Below are positions 37,609 to 46,194 of a DNA stretch of 64,000 nt, one piece after another. The translations under genes were made by a program, and so were the position numbers. Within the stretch, counting starts at the first letter, position 1, and each line of letters starts with the position of its first letter. Source of the DNA: Planctomycetota bacterium (GTDB lineage: Bacteria > Planctomycetota > UBA8108 > UBA1146); contig JAPKAM010000004.1 of the NCBI GenBank assembly GCA_028825265.1, forward strand, positions 333-64,332, in the 5' to 3' direction. The notes below the pieces were generated by a model that searched no databases, was not told the origin of the DNA, and worked only from the letters and a program-made list of their open reading frames with translations.

Positions 37609-38730
37609 TCAGACGCTGACCACTGCGCGCTCGATCAACTCTACCGGTAAAGCTCCACTACCACTCTTGAGTTGCCAGTCCATCTCGATCAAGGTTTCGA
37701 TGATCCGCAGGGTTCTGGGAAGATCGCAACTTTTGTACTGCTTGCGAATCCTCGGCAGGAACGGGCGGGCGATCCCTGCTTGTTCGAGAATTTGCTGTTC
37801 TCCTCCGCCTTCGGCAACGATTCGATGCACGCTTCTCAACTCTCGGGCACGTTTGAGCGATAGGGCGAGAAACTGAAGCAACAACCTCTGGGGGTCTCGA
37901 ACTCGTTGGTTCTTTTCATCGAGAGCCCCTCGGGCAACGATATCGGAAAGCACCCGGAGTGATCGTGCTCGGTCCTGCTCGAACCAGGAATCCACCAGTT
38001 CAAAAGCGGACCCGTCGCCTCCGGCCGCACTGTTATCGATGACGATGCTCTCGGAGACCTGCTGAATCTGACGAGAATCACAGATGGTGGAGATCTTCTC
38101 GATGGTTCCGGCGAGTTGATCCATCTGCGGACCGATTCGATCGATGAGAAGTTGGGCCACCGGAGCCGTCACCTTCAAAGATTGTTTTTGAAATCGATGG
38201 ATCACCCAGGTATTCAACTCGTGTTCCCAAGGCTTGGCATCGGGCTGCCAGGGGGGTGGCCGGTGAAAGGGTCGATCTGCGGAGATGGAAAGACCGAATT
38301 TGGTGATCGCCTTGGCCACCTTGCTTCGACCGTCGAGTGCGTCGGCGGTGAGGATCAGCAGGGATCCGGTGGGGGCCGCTGAGAAAAACTTGACCCAGGC
38401 ATCGGGATCTGATTTGAACCAGTTCTGAGCGTCCTGGACGATCACTACAGGACCTCCTCCGAACAGGCTCGGAGTCCTCAGTTCGTCAAATATTTCACGA
38501 ATCTGATCGTCGGAGGCGGAGCGGGTTCCCTGGTAGCGGATGATCGAGTCGGAGTCTGGAGTGCCGCCCGGGAGGGATTCCAGGAGCATTTCGATCGCTT
38601 CACGGCGCAGCAGTTGTTCCTGTCCTACCACCATGGAGATGGCCGGTGGCCCCTCTTTGAGTCGTGCGGGCAGGGTGGTCACGGTCACCTTGCGGTCAGA
38701 AGATCGAGTTCTGGAAGCTGATTTCGCCAT
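37609..38730 (-). CDS. holA: DNA polymerase III delta subunit
   Basis: MAKSASR...VVGQEQLLRREAIEML...LILTADALDGRSKVAKAI. The ORF-track extension to 39135 is an in-frame stop-free run in high-GC DNA. The ATG at 38730 gives 373 aa. Confidence 0.7.
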   Translation of the reverse strand: MAKSASRTRSSDRKVTVTTLPARLKEGPPAISMVVGQEQLLRREAIEMLLESLPGGTPDSDSIIRYQGTRSASDDQIREIFDELRTPSLFGGGPVVIVQDAQNWFKSDPDAWVKFFSAAPTGSLLILTADALDGRSKVAKAITKFGLSISADRPFHRPPPWQPDAKPWEHELNTWVIHRFQKQSLKVTAPVAQLLIDRIGPQMDQLAGTIEKISTICDSRQIQQVSESIVIDNSAAGGDGSAFELVDSWFEQDRARSLRVLSDIVARGALDEKNQRVRDPQRLLLQFLALSLKRARELRSVHRIVAEGGGEQQILEQAGIARPFLPRIRKQYKSCDLPRTLRIIETLIEMDWQLKSGSGALPVELIERAVVSV

Positions 38731-38825
38731 GACCCCAGTGTCCGGCCGTATCTGGCTCAATTCAACTGTTGGTCCTTGAACCGGGGTAAAAGGTTTTGTA
38801 TCTAGGGCCGTGACAGGATTGATCC

Positions 38826-38995
38826 GGGGCAACCTGGATCGGAAGTGTGGTGAGATTCCACCGCGGTGCCGCCGCTGTAACCGGGGACAACCCCTGCACT
38901 CCAGGTTTGAGCCTGGAAAGCCACTACGGGATTCCGTGGCAAGGCGCAGGGAGAGGATGATCCGGGAGCCAGAAGACCTCCTGTCAGGCGAATCG
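38826..38995 (+). promoter_or_regulatory. Probable cobalamin (AdoCbl) riboswitch; boundaries approximate
   Basis: GGUGAGAUUCCACCGCGGUGCCGCCGCUGUAACCGGGGA matches the cobalamin aptamer core (GGUGnnAAnUCCnnnGCGGUCCCGCCACUGUnAnCGGnGA). Downstream GAGCCAGAAGACCUCC matches the B12-box (btuB AAGCCCGAAGACCUGCC). It is followed by a hairpin, GGCCCG-UUUGUG-CGGGUC. Confidence 0.6.
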
Positions 38996-39095
38996 GGCCC
39001 GTTTGTGCGGGTCTGATTCCAACCTGGATGGCTCCGGTGTACGCACAGTGCGTGACTCCGGCATCCAGCACTCCGAGCAGAGAGGTGAGGTCCCG

Positions 39096-40463
39096 TTGCT
39101 TTCAGCGCTTTTTTCACTCCTATCTGTGGATTCAACCACTACACCTTTGCGAATCTTTGTGCTGATGGGTTGTTGGGTGCCGGTCCTCGGTTTTTGCGGG
39201 GATCCGATCGCCGAGGTTTCATTTTCGAATCCTTCTTCGATCGTCGATTCTCACCCTTACTCGATTGTGATCGATGACCTTCACCAGTTTGGCTATGCCT
39301 CGATCTGTGGGGATGTGGCTCCGATGGGTGAGCCGGTCGAGGATCACAGCGGCCATCAGGTGGTCGAGTTTGATGCTCGCTCTCTCAAGGTGCTGAGAAC
39401 TTTCGATGTCGGCTACTACCCGACCGATATGTTGATCTCTGGCTCCGATCTGTGGGTCAGTTGCTCCACCGTCAGCAGTCTGTTCAGGGTCGATCTGGTC
39501 AGCGGCGAGGTCTCTTCGGTACCGTTCACGGACAGTTCTGGATCCGACATCGGATATCCATCGGGACTGGCCCTCGGCTGGAACGGGGAAATCATCGTCT
39601 CTTCCAATGGCGGTAATTTTGACGGATCCGATGAAAACATCGTGATTCTGAATCCGCTGACCGAGGAAGTTATTCAGCACATCGAAGTCGCAGGAGGCAT
39701 CTCTACCATGGCGGCACTCGAAGATGGTTCCCTGCTGGTTCCGGTCGGTTTCCCCGGCAATGACTTCACGGCGGCGCCGCTGTTGCAGTGGATCAACCCG
39801 ATCGATGGTCAACTGCTCGATCAACTCATCATCGATGTCGAGACTTCAGATTTTCCTGCACCGAGTGACCTGGAGATCCTGGATGACCAAAGTGCGCTGC
39901 TGACCATCTTCGGAGGAAGTGCGGTGGTTTACCGCATCGACCTCATCAACCGGACCCTGATGATGGAATACCCGATGGATTCGGTCGATCCGGTTCAGAG
40001 TGCCGTGGTCCAGGGGGATTCCGACACCTTCCTCGTGGCTGAATATTTCGCAGGAACCGTGTCACGATATCAGCTCGATAGCGGTGAACTGGTCGAAACT
40101 CTCACCGGGGGAGATCTTCCCAATCGGATCTGTGTCTCGGGAGGGCGGATTTTTACCACCCAACAGGGTGTCGAGTCGATCACCGTTCACGGCGGGGTCG
40201 GGGCCTTTGTCCGCGCGGATCTGAATCTGGACGGACAGGTGGATCTGGCCGATCCGATCCGATTACTCAATTACTTGTTTCTTGGGACATCGCTGGATTG
40301 CCTCGATTCCGCCGACAGCAACGACGATGGGGCGCTGGATCTCTCCGATGTGATCCACATCTTATCTTTCCTCTTTTCACAGGGGCCGTCTCCGCTATAC
40401 CCTTTCCCAGTGGCCGGTGGAGACCTGAGCGATGACAACCTGGATTGCGAGACCACCGGATGA
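39096..40463 (+). CDS. Beta-propeller (YVTN/NHL-like repeat) protein with C-terminal dockerin-like Ca-binding domain
   Basis: Repeated blade-like units (VGYYPTDMLISGSDLWVSCS...). C-terminal DLNLDGQVDLADPIRLLNYLF...DSNDDGALDLSDVIHILSFLF (dockerin type-I-like repeats). Start uncertain: TTG at 39096 follows AGGTGAGG; ATG at 39165. The ORF-track ATG at 39003 lies inside the riboswitch. Confidence 0.5.
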   Translation: MLSALFSLLSVDSTTTPLRIFVLMGCWVPVLGFCGDPIAEVSFSNPSSIVDSHPYSIVIDDLHQFGYASICGDVAPMGEPVEDHSGHQVVEFDARSLKVLRTFDVGYYPTDMLISGSDLWVSCSTVSSLFRVDLVSGEVSSVPFTDSSGSDIGYPSGLALGWNGEIIVSSNGGNFDGSDENIVILNPLTEEVIQHIEVAGGISTMAALEDGSLLVPVGFPGNDFTAAPLLQWINPIDGQLLDQLIIDVETSDFPAPSDLEILDDQSALLTIFGGSAVVYRIDLINRTLMMEYPMDSVDPVQSAVVQGDSDTFLVAEYFAGTVSRYQLDSGELVETLTGGDLPNRICVSGGRIFTTQQGVESITVHGGVGAFVRADLNLDGQVDLADPIRLLNYLFLGTSLDCLDSADSNDDGALDLSDVIHILSFLFSQGPSPLYPFPVAGGDLSDDNLDCETTG

Positions 40464-40504
40464 AACTTACAACCTGCCCATCCCCGTTCGAGAGAGGAAA
40501 CTTC

Positions 40505-41776
40505 ATGTCCTTCCCCAGCAAGATTCTGCTCTGTTGTGCGATCGTTTTTTCGACTTGGATCGGTTTTCCGACAGGTCTTCTCGGTCAGGGGGCCTGGTAC
40601 GGTGACCAGCAGAATCTTTGGGTCCACGGGGAGGCGGGTTCGACACCCATAGTGAATCTCTCCACCGATCTGCGAGCCATCGCTCGAACCGCCGATGGCG
40701 GCGGTTGGATCGCCATCGATGGCAGCCAGCAGGTGATTCATGTCGATGCCAGTGGATCCATCGTCGAAGTGGTCGATACCGTGGTGGGCGTACAGTCGCT
40801 GGCCATCGATGCCAGCGGCCTGGTGTGGGGAACCCGACCGGGACTCGATGATTTGATCGTGATCGAATCGGGTTCGGGGATCATCGCCACTCATTCGGTC
40901 GGCTCGGTCCCCTATGGTCTCTCGATCGATTCCGATGGACGGATCTGGGTCAGTTGCTCCTATGCGAACCAGATCGATCTTCTCGATGGATCCGGGTCGC
41001 TGCTTGCGAGTTTCCCGGTGGGTTTCTTCCCGACCGGAATCAGTGCGGCTCACGGGGGAGGTGTCTGGGTTGCCGAGAAAGGCGGCTTGAAGCGATTGTC
41101 TTCTACCGGAGAGGTGCTGTGGAGCGAGACGGTCGGCACCTTTCCCATCGCCGTCACCACCGACCTGCAGGGGCGAGCTTGGTTTTGCTGTCAAACCAGC
41201 GATCAGGTAGTGGTGGTGGGCGATCTGGGTGTCGAATCGATCATCGATGTGCCCGCTCGTCCATTGGGCATCAGTGCCAACGGAGATGGGACCGTTACGG
41301 TGGTTTGTCGGGATGGATCGGCACTGGTGAGGATCTCCTCTCAGAGTGAGATCCTTTCGTTGGAAATGGTTGCGAATCCCATCGGTCACGGCGATCTGAC
41401 TGGCCTCCAGCGAGCTTTGCTGGCGGATCCACTCGGAGATCAGGATTTCGACGGGGTGGCCAATCTCGAAGAGGCGCAGTTCGGGTTCAATCCCCTCGAT
41501 GCGGCTTCGGTTCCGGCACTCTTTGTCCGAGGCGATACCAACCGCGATGGAATGGTCGATCTCGCGGACGCGATTCATGAATTGTTGGTGCTGTTTGGGG
41601 TGGCCACGAGCCCCTGCCTGGAAGCCTTGGATGTGGATGACGATGCAAGGTTGACCCTGGCAGATCCGATCCGGATCCTTGATTTTGTCTTTTCTGCGGG
41701 ACCTCCTCCTGGGGCTCCATTCCCCGAATACGGTCTGGATCCATCTCCTATGCAGGGTTTTCCTTGCTCCCCCTGA
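40505..41776 (+). CDS. Paralogous beta-propeller protein with C-terminal dockerin-like domain
   Basis: Signal peptide MSFPSKILLCCAIVFSTWIGFPTGLLGQ. YVTN-like repeats (VGSVPYGLSIDSDGRIWVSCS..). C-terminal RGDTNRDGMVDLADAIHELLVLF...LDVDDDARLTLADPIRILDFVF. Confidence 0.55.
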   Translation: MSFPSKILLCCAIVFSTWIGFPTGLLGQGAWYGDQQNLWVHGEAGSTPIVNLSTDLRAIARTADGGGWIAIDGSQQVIHVDASGSIVEVVDTVVGVQSLAIDASGLVWGTRPGLDDLIVIESGSGIIATHSVGSVPYGLSIDSDGRIWVSCSYANQIDLLDGSGSLLASFPVGFFPTGISAAHGGGVWVAEKGGLKRLSSTGEVLWSETVGTFPIAVTTDLQGRAWFCCQTSDQVVVVGDLGVESIIDVPARPLGISANGDGTVTVVCRDGSALVRISSQSEILSLEMVANPIGHGDLTGLQRALLADPLGDQDFDGVANLEEAQFGFNPLDAASVPALFVRGDTNRDGMVDLADAIHELLVLFGVATSPCLEALDVDDDARLTLADPIRILDFVFSAGPPPGAPFPEYGLDPSPMQGFPCSP

Positions 41777-42030
41777 TGGCACTCTCTGTCTCTTCGGAAG
41801 ATCGGTGCCCGAGCGGGGTTGCATCGACGGGGGAGGACATGGCATGATGTGCAGGTCTGCTTCTCGCCGGAGAAGCCGCTCGTCGATCCTCGGTTGGGGA
41901 TTGACCACTCGTTCAGCCTTGAATCCCCCGAGTGGGAGTCAAGAAGGACGAATTCTCCAGATGAACTGGCGTCCCTTCCCGTTTTCAGGAATGTAGGACT
42001 CGCCGGTACCCCGATCGAAGGGGGACTGAA

Positions 42031-42822
42031 TTGAACAATAACAAGGCGGAGCCGGAGCACCAGATCGCCGTATTTGTCGACCTCGACAACATCGCCATCG
42101 GTGTCAAGGAAGCCAAAATTGCCAAACTGGATATTTCCAAGATTCTCGACCGACTGGTCGAGAAGGGCAAAATCACAGTCAAGCGAGCTTACGCTGACTG
42201 GTCCAACTGGACTCATTACAAGCGACCCTTTCATGAGTGTGCGATCGAACTGATCGACATTCCCCAGCGCAGGATGGGTGGCAAGAATAGCGCTGATATC
42301 AAGATGGTGGTCGATGCCCTGGAACTGTCTTACTCGAAACCGCACGTCGATACCTTCGTGTTGATCTCGGGTGATAGTGACTTCTCGCCACTGGTCTCTC
42401 AGTTACGAGAGAACAACAAGAAGATCATCGGGCTCGGGGTCAAGCATTCATCCAGTAACCTGCTCATCGATAACTGCGATGAGTTCATCTTTTACGAAGA
42501 TCTGGTTCGGACTCGCAAGAAGAGAATCCGCAAGACGACCAAGAAGGCCTCTCCCAAGGTCAGCAAAGATCAAGAGGCCGCTTTCTCACTGTTGATCAGT
42601 TCGATCGCTGCCCTGCAACGAGAGAACTACGAAATTATCTGGGCGTCGATGGTCAAGCAAACAATGAAGCGCAAGCAGCCGACCTTTAGCGAGGAATATC
42701 ACGGCTACACCCACTTTTCCAAGTTGCTTGTCGATGCCGAAAAGCATCAATTGATCAGTGTCCACAAGGACCAGCGATCGGGCACCTACATCATCGACGA
42801 GTTGCTCGAAGACGAGATCTAG
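42031..42822 (+). CDS. NYN-domain (PIN-like RNase) protein with C-terminal OST-HTH/LOTUS domain
   Basis: IAVFVDLDNIAIG...RAYADWSNW...FVLISGDSDFSPL (NYN). C-terminal LLISSIAALQRENYEIIWASMV...HGYTHFSKLL (OST-HTH-like). Confidence 0.65.
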   Translation: MNNNKAEPEHQIAVFVDLDNIAIGVKEAKIAKLDISKILDRLVEKGKITVKRAYADWSNWTHYKRPFHECAIELIDIPQRRMGGKNSADIKMVVDALELSYSKPHVDTFVLISGDSDFSPLVSQLRENNKKIIGLGVKHSSSNLLIDNCDEFIFYEDLVRTRKKRIRKTTKKASPKVSKDQEAAFSLLISSIAALQRENYEIIWASMVKQTMKRKQPTFSEEYHGYTHFSKLLVDAEKHQLISVHKDQRSGTYIIDELLEDEI

Positions 42823-43658
42823 TCCTGATCGATACGATCCTCTGGCAAGCATGCGATTCGGTGAGTCCTTCCGCCCGCTAGCGAGAAGGCCACCAGGTCA
42901 CCTCCATAGACGCAACCCGCGTCGATGCTGATGTGCTTCTCATGGCGAACCAGCCCTAGAGCGGCCCAGTGGCCAGAGACACTCGCGTGTTCCCGGGTGA
43001 GTCGATTCTCGATCTGGAACCAAGGGGTCACCGATGGAGGCCAAGAACTTGGATGTCCGGTCCACTGATCCGCCAGTGACAGGTCTGCATTGAATCCTCT
43101 CAGACGGGTCAGGATGGCTGCGGTATATCCATCAGGATCGGTGATGTTTCGGTACCAAGACCAATCACCGCTGCGAAGACGATGGGAGAGACTCTCAGCT
43201 CTGATCAGCACTTCGGCGACACTCCACTGCGGATGGATTCCCGCGTGAACCAACAACCACGGGGTTCCGGTCGAATCGGATTGGAGCAGGGCGAGAGGCT
43301 TTTGCTCCAGCCAACGAACCCAGCACCACGAGGATGGAGGTGAAGGTTCCGCTTCTTCGAGGCACGGTTCCAGCAGATCACCAGGGCGAGATTTCGCCAC
43401 CTGTGCATGAACCGCAAGCAGATGCAGATCATGATTGCCGAGAATCACCTGGGCACGATCCCCCAGCGAATCGACGGTTTTTAGCACCTCGAGACTGGCG
43501 GGGCCCTTACCGACGAGGTCCCCGACGAAAACGAATCGACTATCAAGATCGATTTCCAGCAACGAATCGAGCAGCTTTTTGAGGGTGGAGTGGCAACCGT
43601 GGACATCCCCGATGACCCAGGTGTCGGGACCTTCCTGCTCCGTAGTGGGTGAATTCAA
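42819..43658 (-). CDS. ApaH/PrpE-like metallophosphoesterase (bis(5'-nucleosyl)-tetraphosphatase-like)
   Basis: VIGDVHGCH...GDLVGKGP...GNHD motifs. The ORF track's GTG start at 43745 lies inside tRNA-Arg. The first start past the tRNA is the TTG at 43658, so the start is uncertain. Confidence 0.55.
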   Translation of the reverse strand: MNSPTTEQEGPDTWVIGDVHGCHSTLKKLLDSLLEIDLDSRFVFVGDLVGKGPASLEVLKTVDSLGDRAQVILGNHDLHLLAVHAQVAKSRPGDLLEPCLEEAEPSPPSSWCWVRWLEQKPLALLQSDSTGTPWLLVHAGIHPQWSVAEVLIRAESLSHRLRSGDWSWYRNITDPDGYTAAILTRLRGFNADLSLADQWTGHPSSWPPSVTPWFQIENRLTREHASVSGHWAALGLVRHEKHISIDAGCVYGGDLVAFSLAGGRTHRIACLPEDRIDQD

Positions 43659-43715
43659 AGATCCTCCCGCAAAGAAGCCCGCGCCGGGAGCGAGGGCTCC
43701 CGGCGCCGATTTGAA

Positions 43716-43788
43716 TGACCCTGGCACGATTCGAACGTGCGACACCCGGCTTCGGAGGCCGGTGCTCTATCCACTGAGCTACAGGGCC
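43716..43788 (-). tRNA. tRNA-Arg (anticodon CCG)
   Basis: Manual fold: acceptor GGCCCUG/CAGGGUC, D-arm GCUC-AGUGGAUA-GAGC, anticodon stem CCGGC/GCCGG with loop CUCCGAA, T-arm GCACG-UUCGAAU-CGUGC, discriminator A. Confidence 0.85.
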
Positions 43789-43916
43789 CTGTTGACAGGG
43801 AATAGGGGTTGTCGGACTGGATTGAACCCCGATGTCGTGCCGTTTTTTAGCAGATCCACCGACCAGAATCCAGACGCACTGGCCCCAAGAGCCGAGTTCC
43901 TGCACAATCAATCGCC

Positions 43917-45512
43917 ATGAACTTCATCTCCTACTCCTGCCGTGTATTGATGCCAGTCACCGCTTTGATGGTGCTGGGCCCTTGGTTCCTCAGTCCGACG
44001 GGTAGCACGCCGGTCGAGGGATGGGCCACGCTCCCCCTCGCAATGGGGTTTGTGGCCCTGATCGAGTTGCTCCTGCAAATTCGAATCGGCGCTTTTCGCA
44101 CTGCTCTACCCGGATTTACGGTGCTGCTGCTGTGCTTGACTGGCGCCATTTGGAGTCATGAAGTGCTGGTCATCATCGGTGCCCTGCTGGCTCTTGGATT
44201 CAGTCTGTTGCGAGCGCTTTCTTTCCTGCTCGATCGAATGCGACGGGGCGGCGCTCTGGTGGTTTTCCTCTTCTTCTTGGCGCCAGTGCTAGTCGGAGCG
44301 CTGCTACTGGTGCAACCTCGTTGCCAGGGGGGTGGCGACCCGCTGACCGGTTCGGAGGCGATCTTCACCGCCGTCAGTGCCGTGACGGTCACAGGCCTGA
44401 CCGTCATCGATGTTGGCTCCCGATTGTCGGTCGAGGGACAGTGGCTGCTGCTGGGATTGATTCAACTGGGAGGCCTCGGTGTCATCAGTCTGTTTGCCTT
44501 TTTTGCCATGGTACTGAGCAATGGCCTAGGAATCCGTCAGGGCAGAGCTGTACGAGACGCGCTCGATGGAGTCGGAATCGCTGAATTGAAGCAATTGTTG
44601 AGTGTGATCGTGATCTCCACACTACTGGTGGAGACGATCGGCACCTTGCTGTTGTTCCTTGCGCCAGAATCGAAGGGTTCCTTCTTCGATGCTCTATTCC
44701 ATGCCATCAGTGCTTTCTGCAATGCGGGATTTTCACTCCATTCCACATCACTGGAGTCGTATCCGACGATATCACGTGCGGTGATGGCACTACTGATCAT
44801 CGTCGGCGGACTCGGATTTCCGGTACTTCTCGATCTGTGGCGCCACTATCGTTCGGGAAGAAGCCAGCGAGTCCCACTCCAGACCCGGTTAATTCTCTCG
44901 GTTAGTTTTATCTTGCTGGCGGTTGGAGGCCTACTCCTGTCCATCACCGGAGCGGGGCCCGATGCATGGTTTTGGACCGTGACGGCTAGGACTGCCGGAT
45001 TCAATACGTCGTCAACCAGCCAACTCCCTCTGGCCAGTACCCTGGTTTTGATGTTCCTGATGGGCATTGGAGCCTCTCCAGGGTCGACGGGCGGGGGCTT
45101 GAAGACGACGACCCTCGGTGTCTTGGTCCTGGCGACTTGGTCGGAGTTGCGTGGCGGGGGTCCGGTGGTGGCCTGGAAACGCTGGATACCCGACACGGTG
45201 ATCCGGACCGCAGCAGTCCTGACGATCATCGGAATGCTGCTGTGGGGAATCCTGCTGGGCTTGCTACTGCTGGTTGAAAAAGGCCAATCCTACCAATTCA
45301 TCGATTATGCCTTCGAGGTGACCAGTGCACTGGCGACCGTGGGATTGAGTCGAGGTGTGACCTCAGAGTTGAGTGTTTCGGGTCAGTGGATCATCGAGGT
45401 GGCGATGATCTGCGGTCGATTGGGGCCGCTGGCGCTGGTTCTGGCGATGGCATCGATTTCCAGTACCACGACGCGTGGCGAGCGACCTGCCGGTCGCGTG
45501 ATGCTGGGCTAG
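43917..45512 (+). CDS. trkH: Trk-type potassium uptake protein, membrane subunit
   Basis: Multi-pass membrane protein with repeated GGLGVISL / GIGASPGSTGGGLKTTT selectivity-filter-like motifs. Confidence 0.8.
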   Translation: MNFISYSCRVLMPVTALMVLGPWFLSPTGSTPVEGWATLPLAMGFVALIELLLQIRIGAFRTALPGFTVLLLCLTGAIWSHEVLVIIGALLALGFSLLRALSFLLDRMRRGGALVVFLFFLAPVLVGALLLVQPRCQGGGDPLTGSEAIFTAVSAVTVTGLTVIDVGSRLSVEGQWLLLGLIQLGGLGVISLFAFFAMVLSNGLGIRQGRAVRDALDGVGIAELKQLLSVIVISTLLVETIGTLLLFLAPESKGSFFDALFHAISAFCNAGFSLHSTSLESYPTISRAVMALLIIVGGLGFPVLLDLWRHYRSGRSQRVPLQTRLILSVSFILLAVGGLLLSITGAGPDAWFWTVTARTAGFNTSSTSQLPLASTLVLMFLMGIGASPGSTGGGLKTTTLGVLVLATWSELRGGGPVVAWKRWIPDTVIRTAAVLTIIGMLLWGILLGLLLLVEKGQSYQFIDYAFEVTSALATVGLSRGVTSELSVSGQWIIEVAMICGRLGPLALVLAMASISSTTTRGERPAGRVMLG

Positions 45513-45517
45513 TCGAA

Positions 45518-46180
45518 CTAAGAGTCCAACTGCTTCAGATTCGCCAGTCGATCCTTCGATCCGAGCAAGTAGATCTTGTCTCCTTCCAGGAGAGGATCAT
45601 CGATCGCTGGGCTGAAGTCTGCTTCTGCCGTTCCGGCGCGTTGGATGCAGATCAGGTTGAGAGCATGTTTCTGGCGGATATTAATCTCGCCAATGGTTTG
45701 GCCGAGCCAGGATTCCGGCACCGGGATCTCGACGATGGCCTGATCTTCCATCATCGGCAGGGAATCGACGAAGTTGGGCACCGCCAATTTCTGCGCCATC
45801 TGGTGAGCGGCTTTTTTCTCCGGCGAATAGACATCGTCGGCACCCAGTTTGAGGAGAATTTTTTTAGCGGTATTTCCGTGAGCTCGAACAAGAATCCGCG
45901 GGATATCCAACTCCTTGGCGATGGTGGTTAGCAAGATTCCTGGCATCGGAGTTTCTCCGATGCACACCACCAGCGTCTGGACTCCGGTGAGATGATCTCG
46001 GATCGCCTCTTCATCGAGGATATCTAGAGTCAGGGCGTCGTCACAATATTCGGCGATCTCCTCGACCTTTCGAGGATCCTTGTCGATGGCGAGAATCTCG
46101 ACCTTATTGCGGGCCAGTTCACGAACCAAGGAAGTGCCGAATTGTCCCAGTCCAATGACCGCGATTCGTTCTTTATTCAT
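45518..46180 (-). CDS. trkA: Trk/Ktr system NAD-binding subunit (TrkA-N/KtrA-like)
   Basis: MNKERIAVIGLGQFGTSLVRELARNKVEILAIDKD Rossmann motif. GGAG RBS before the ATG at 46180. The ORF-track start at 46315 is an extension. Confidence 0.75.
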   Translation of the reverse strand: MNKERIAVIGLGQFGTSLVRELARNKVEILAIDKDPRKVEEIAEYCDDALTLDILDEEAIRDHLTGVQTLVVCIGETPMPGILLTTIAKELDIPRILVRAHGNTAKKILLKLGADDVYSPEKKAAHQMAQKLAVPNFVDSLPMMEDQAIVEIPVPESWLGQTIGEINIRQKHALNLICIQRAGTAEADFSPAIDDPLLEGDKIYLLGSKDRLANLKQLDS

Positions 46181-46194
46181 CGGGGATCTCCTCG

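Noticed and set aside
39003-39095. ATG start at 39003 for the beta-propeller gene (MCGSDSNLDG...)
   Set aside because: It lies within the predicted riboswitch expression platform and has no RBS. The downstream TTG (39096, preceded by AGGTGAGG) or the ATG at 39165 are more plausible.
38780-39120. Possible RNase P RNA (rnpB) in the long ORF-free stretch upstream of holA
   Set aside because: GGUGCC...GUAAC...GGGG-ACAA-CCCC superficially resembles P8/P9. The universally conserved P4 strands (GGAAAGUCCGGGCUCC / ACAGAAACCCGGCUUA) are absent, and the element order is wrong. The same segment matches the cobalamin-riboswitch core and B12-box much better.
38731-39135. N-terminal 135-aa extension of the holA ORF (ORF track 37609..39135)
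   Set aside because: It is a stop-free run in GC-rich DNA that overlaps the riboswitch on the opposite strand. The conserved delta-subunit sequence begins at MAKSASR (ATG 38730).
43745-43745. GTG start of the phosphatase ORF inside tRNA-Arg
   Set aside because: A CDS start within a canonical tRNA is implausible, so the CDS was trimmed to the TTG at 43658 with low confidence on the start.
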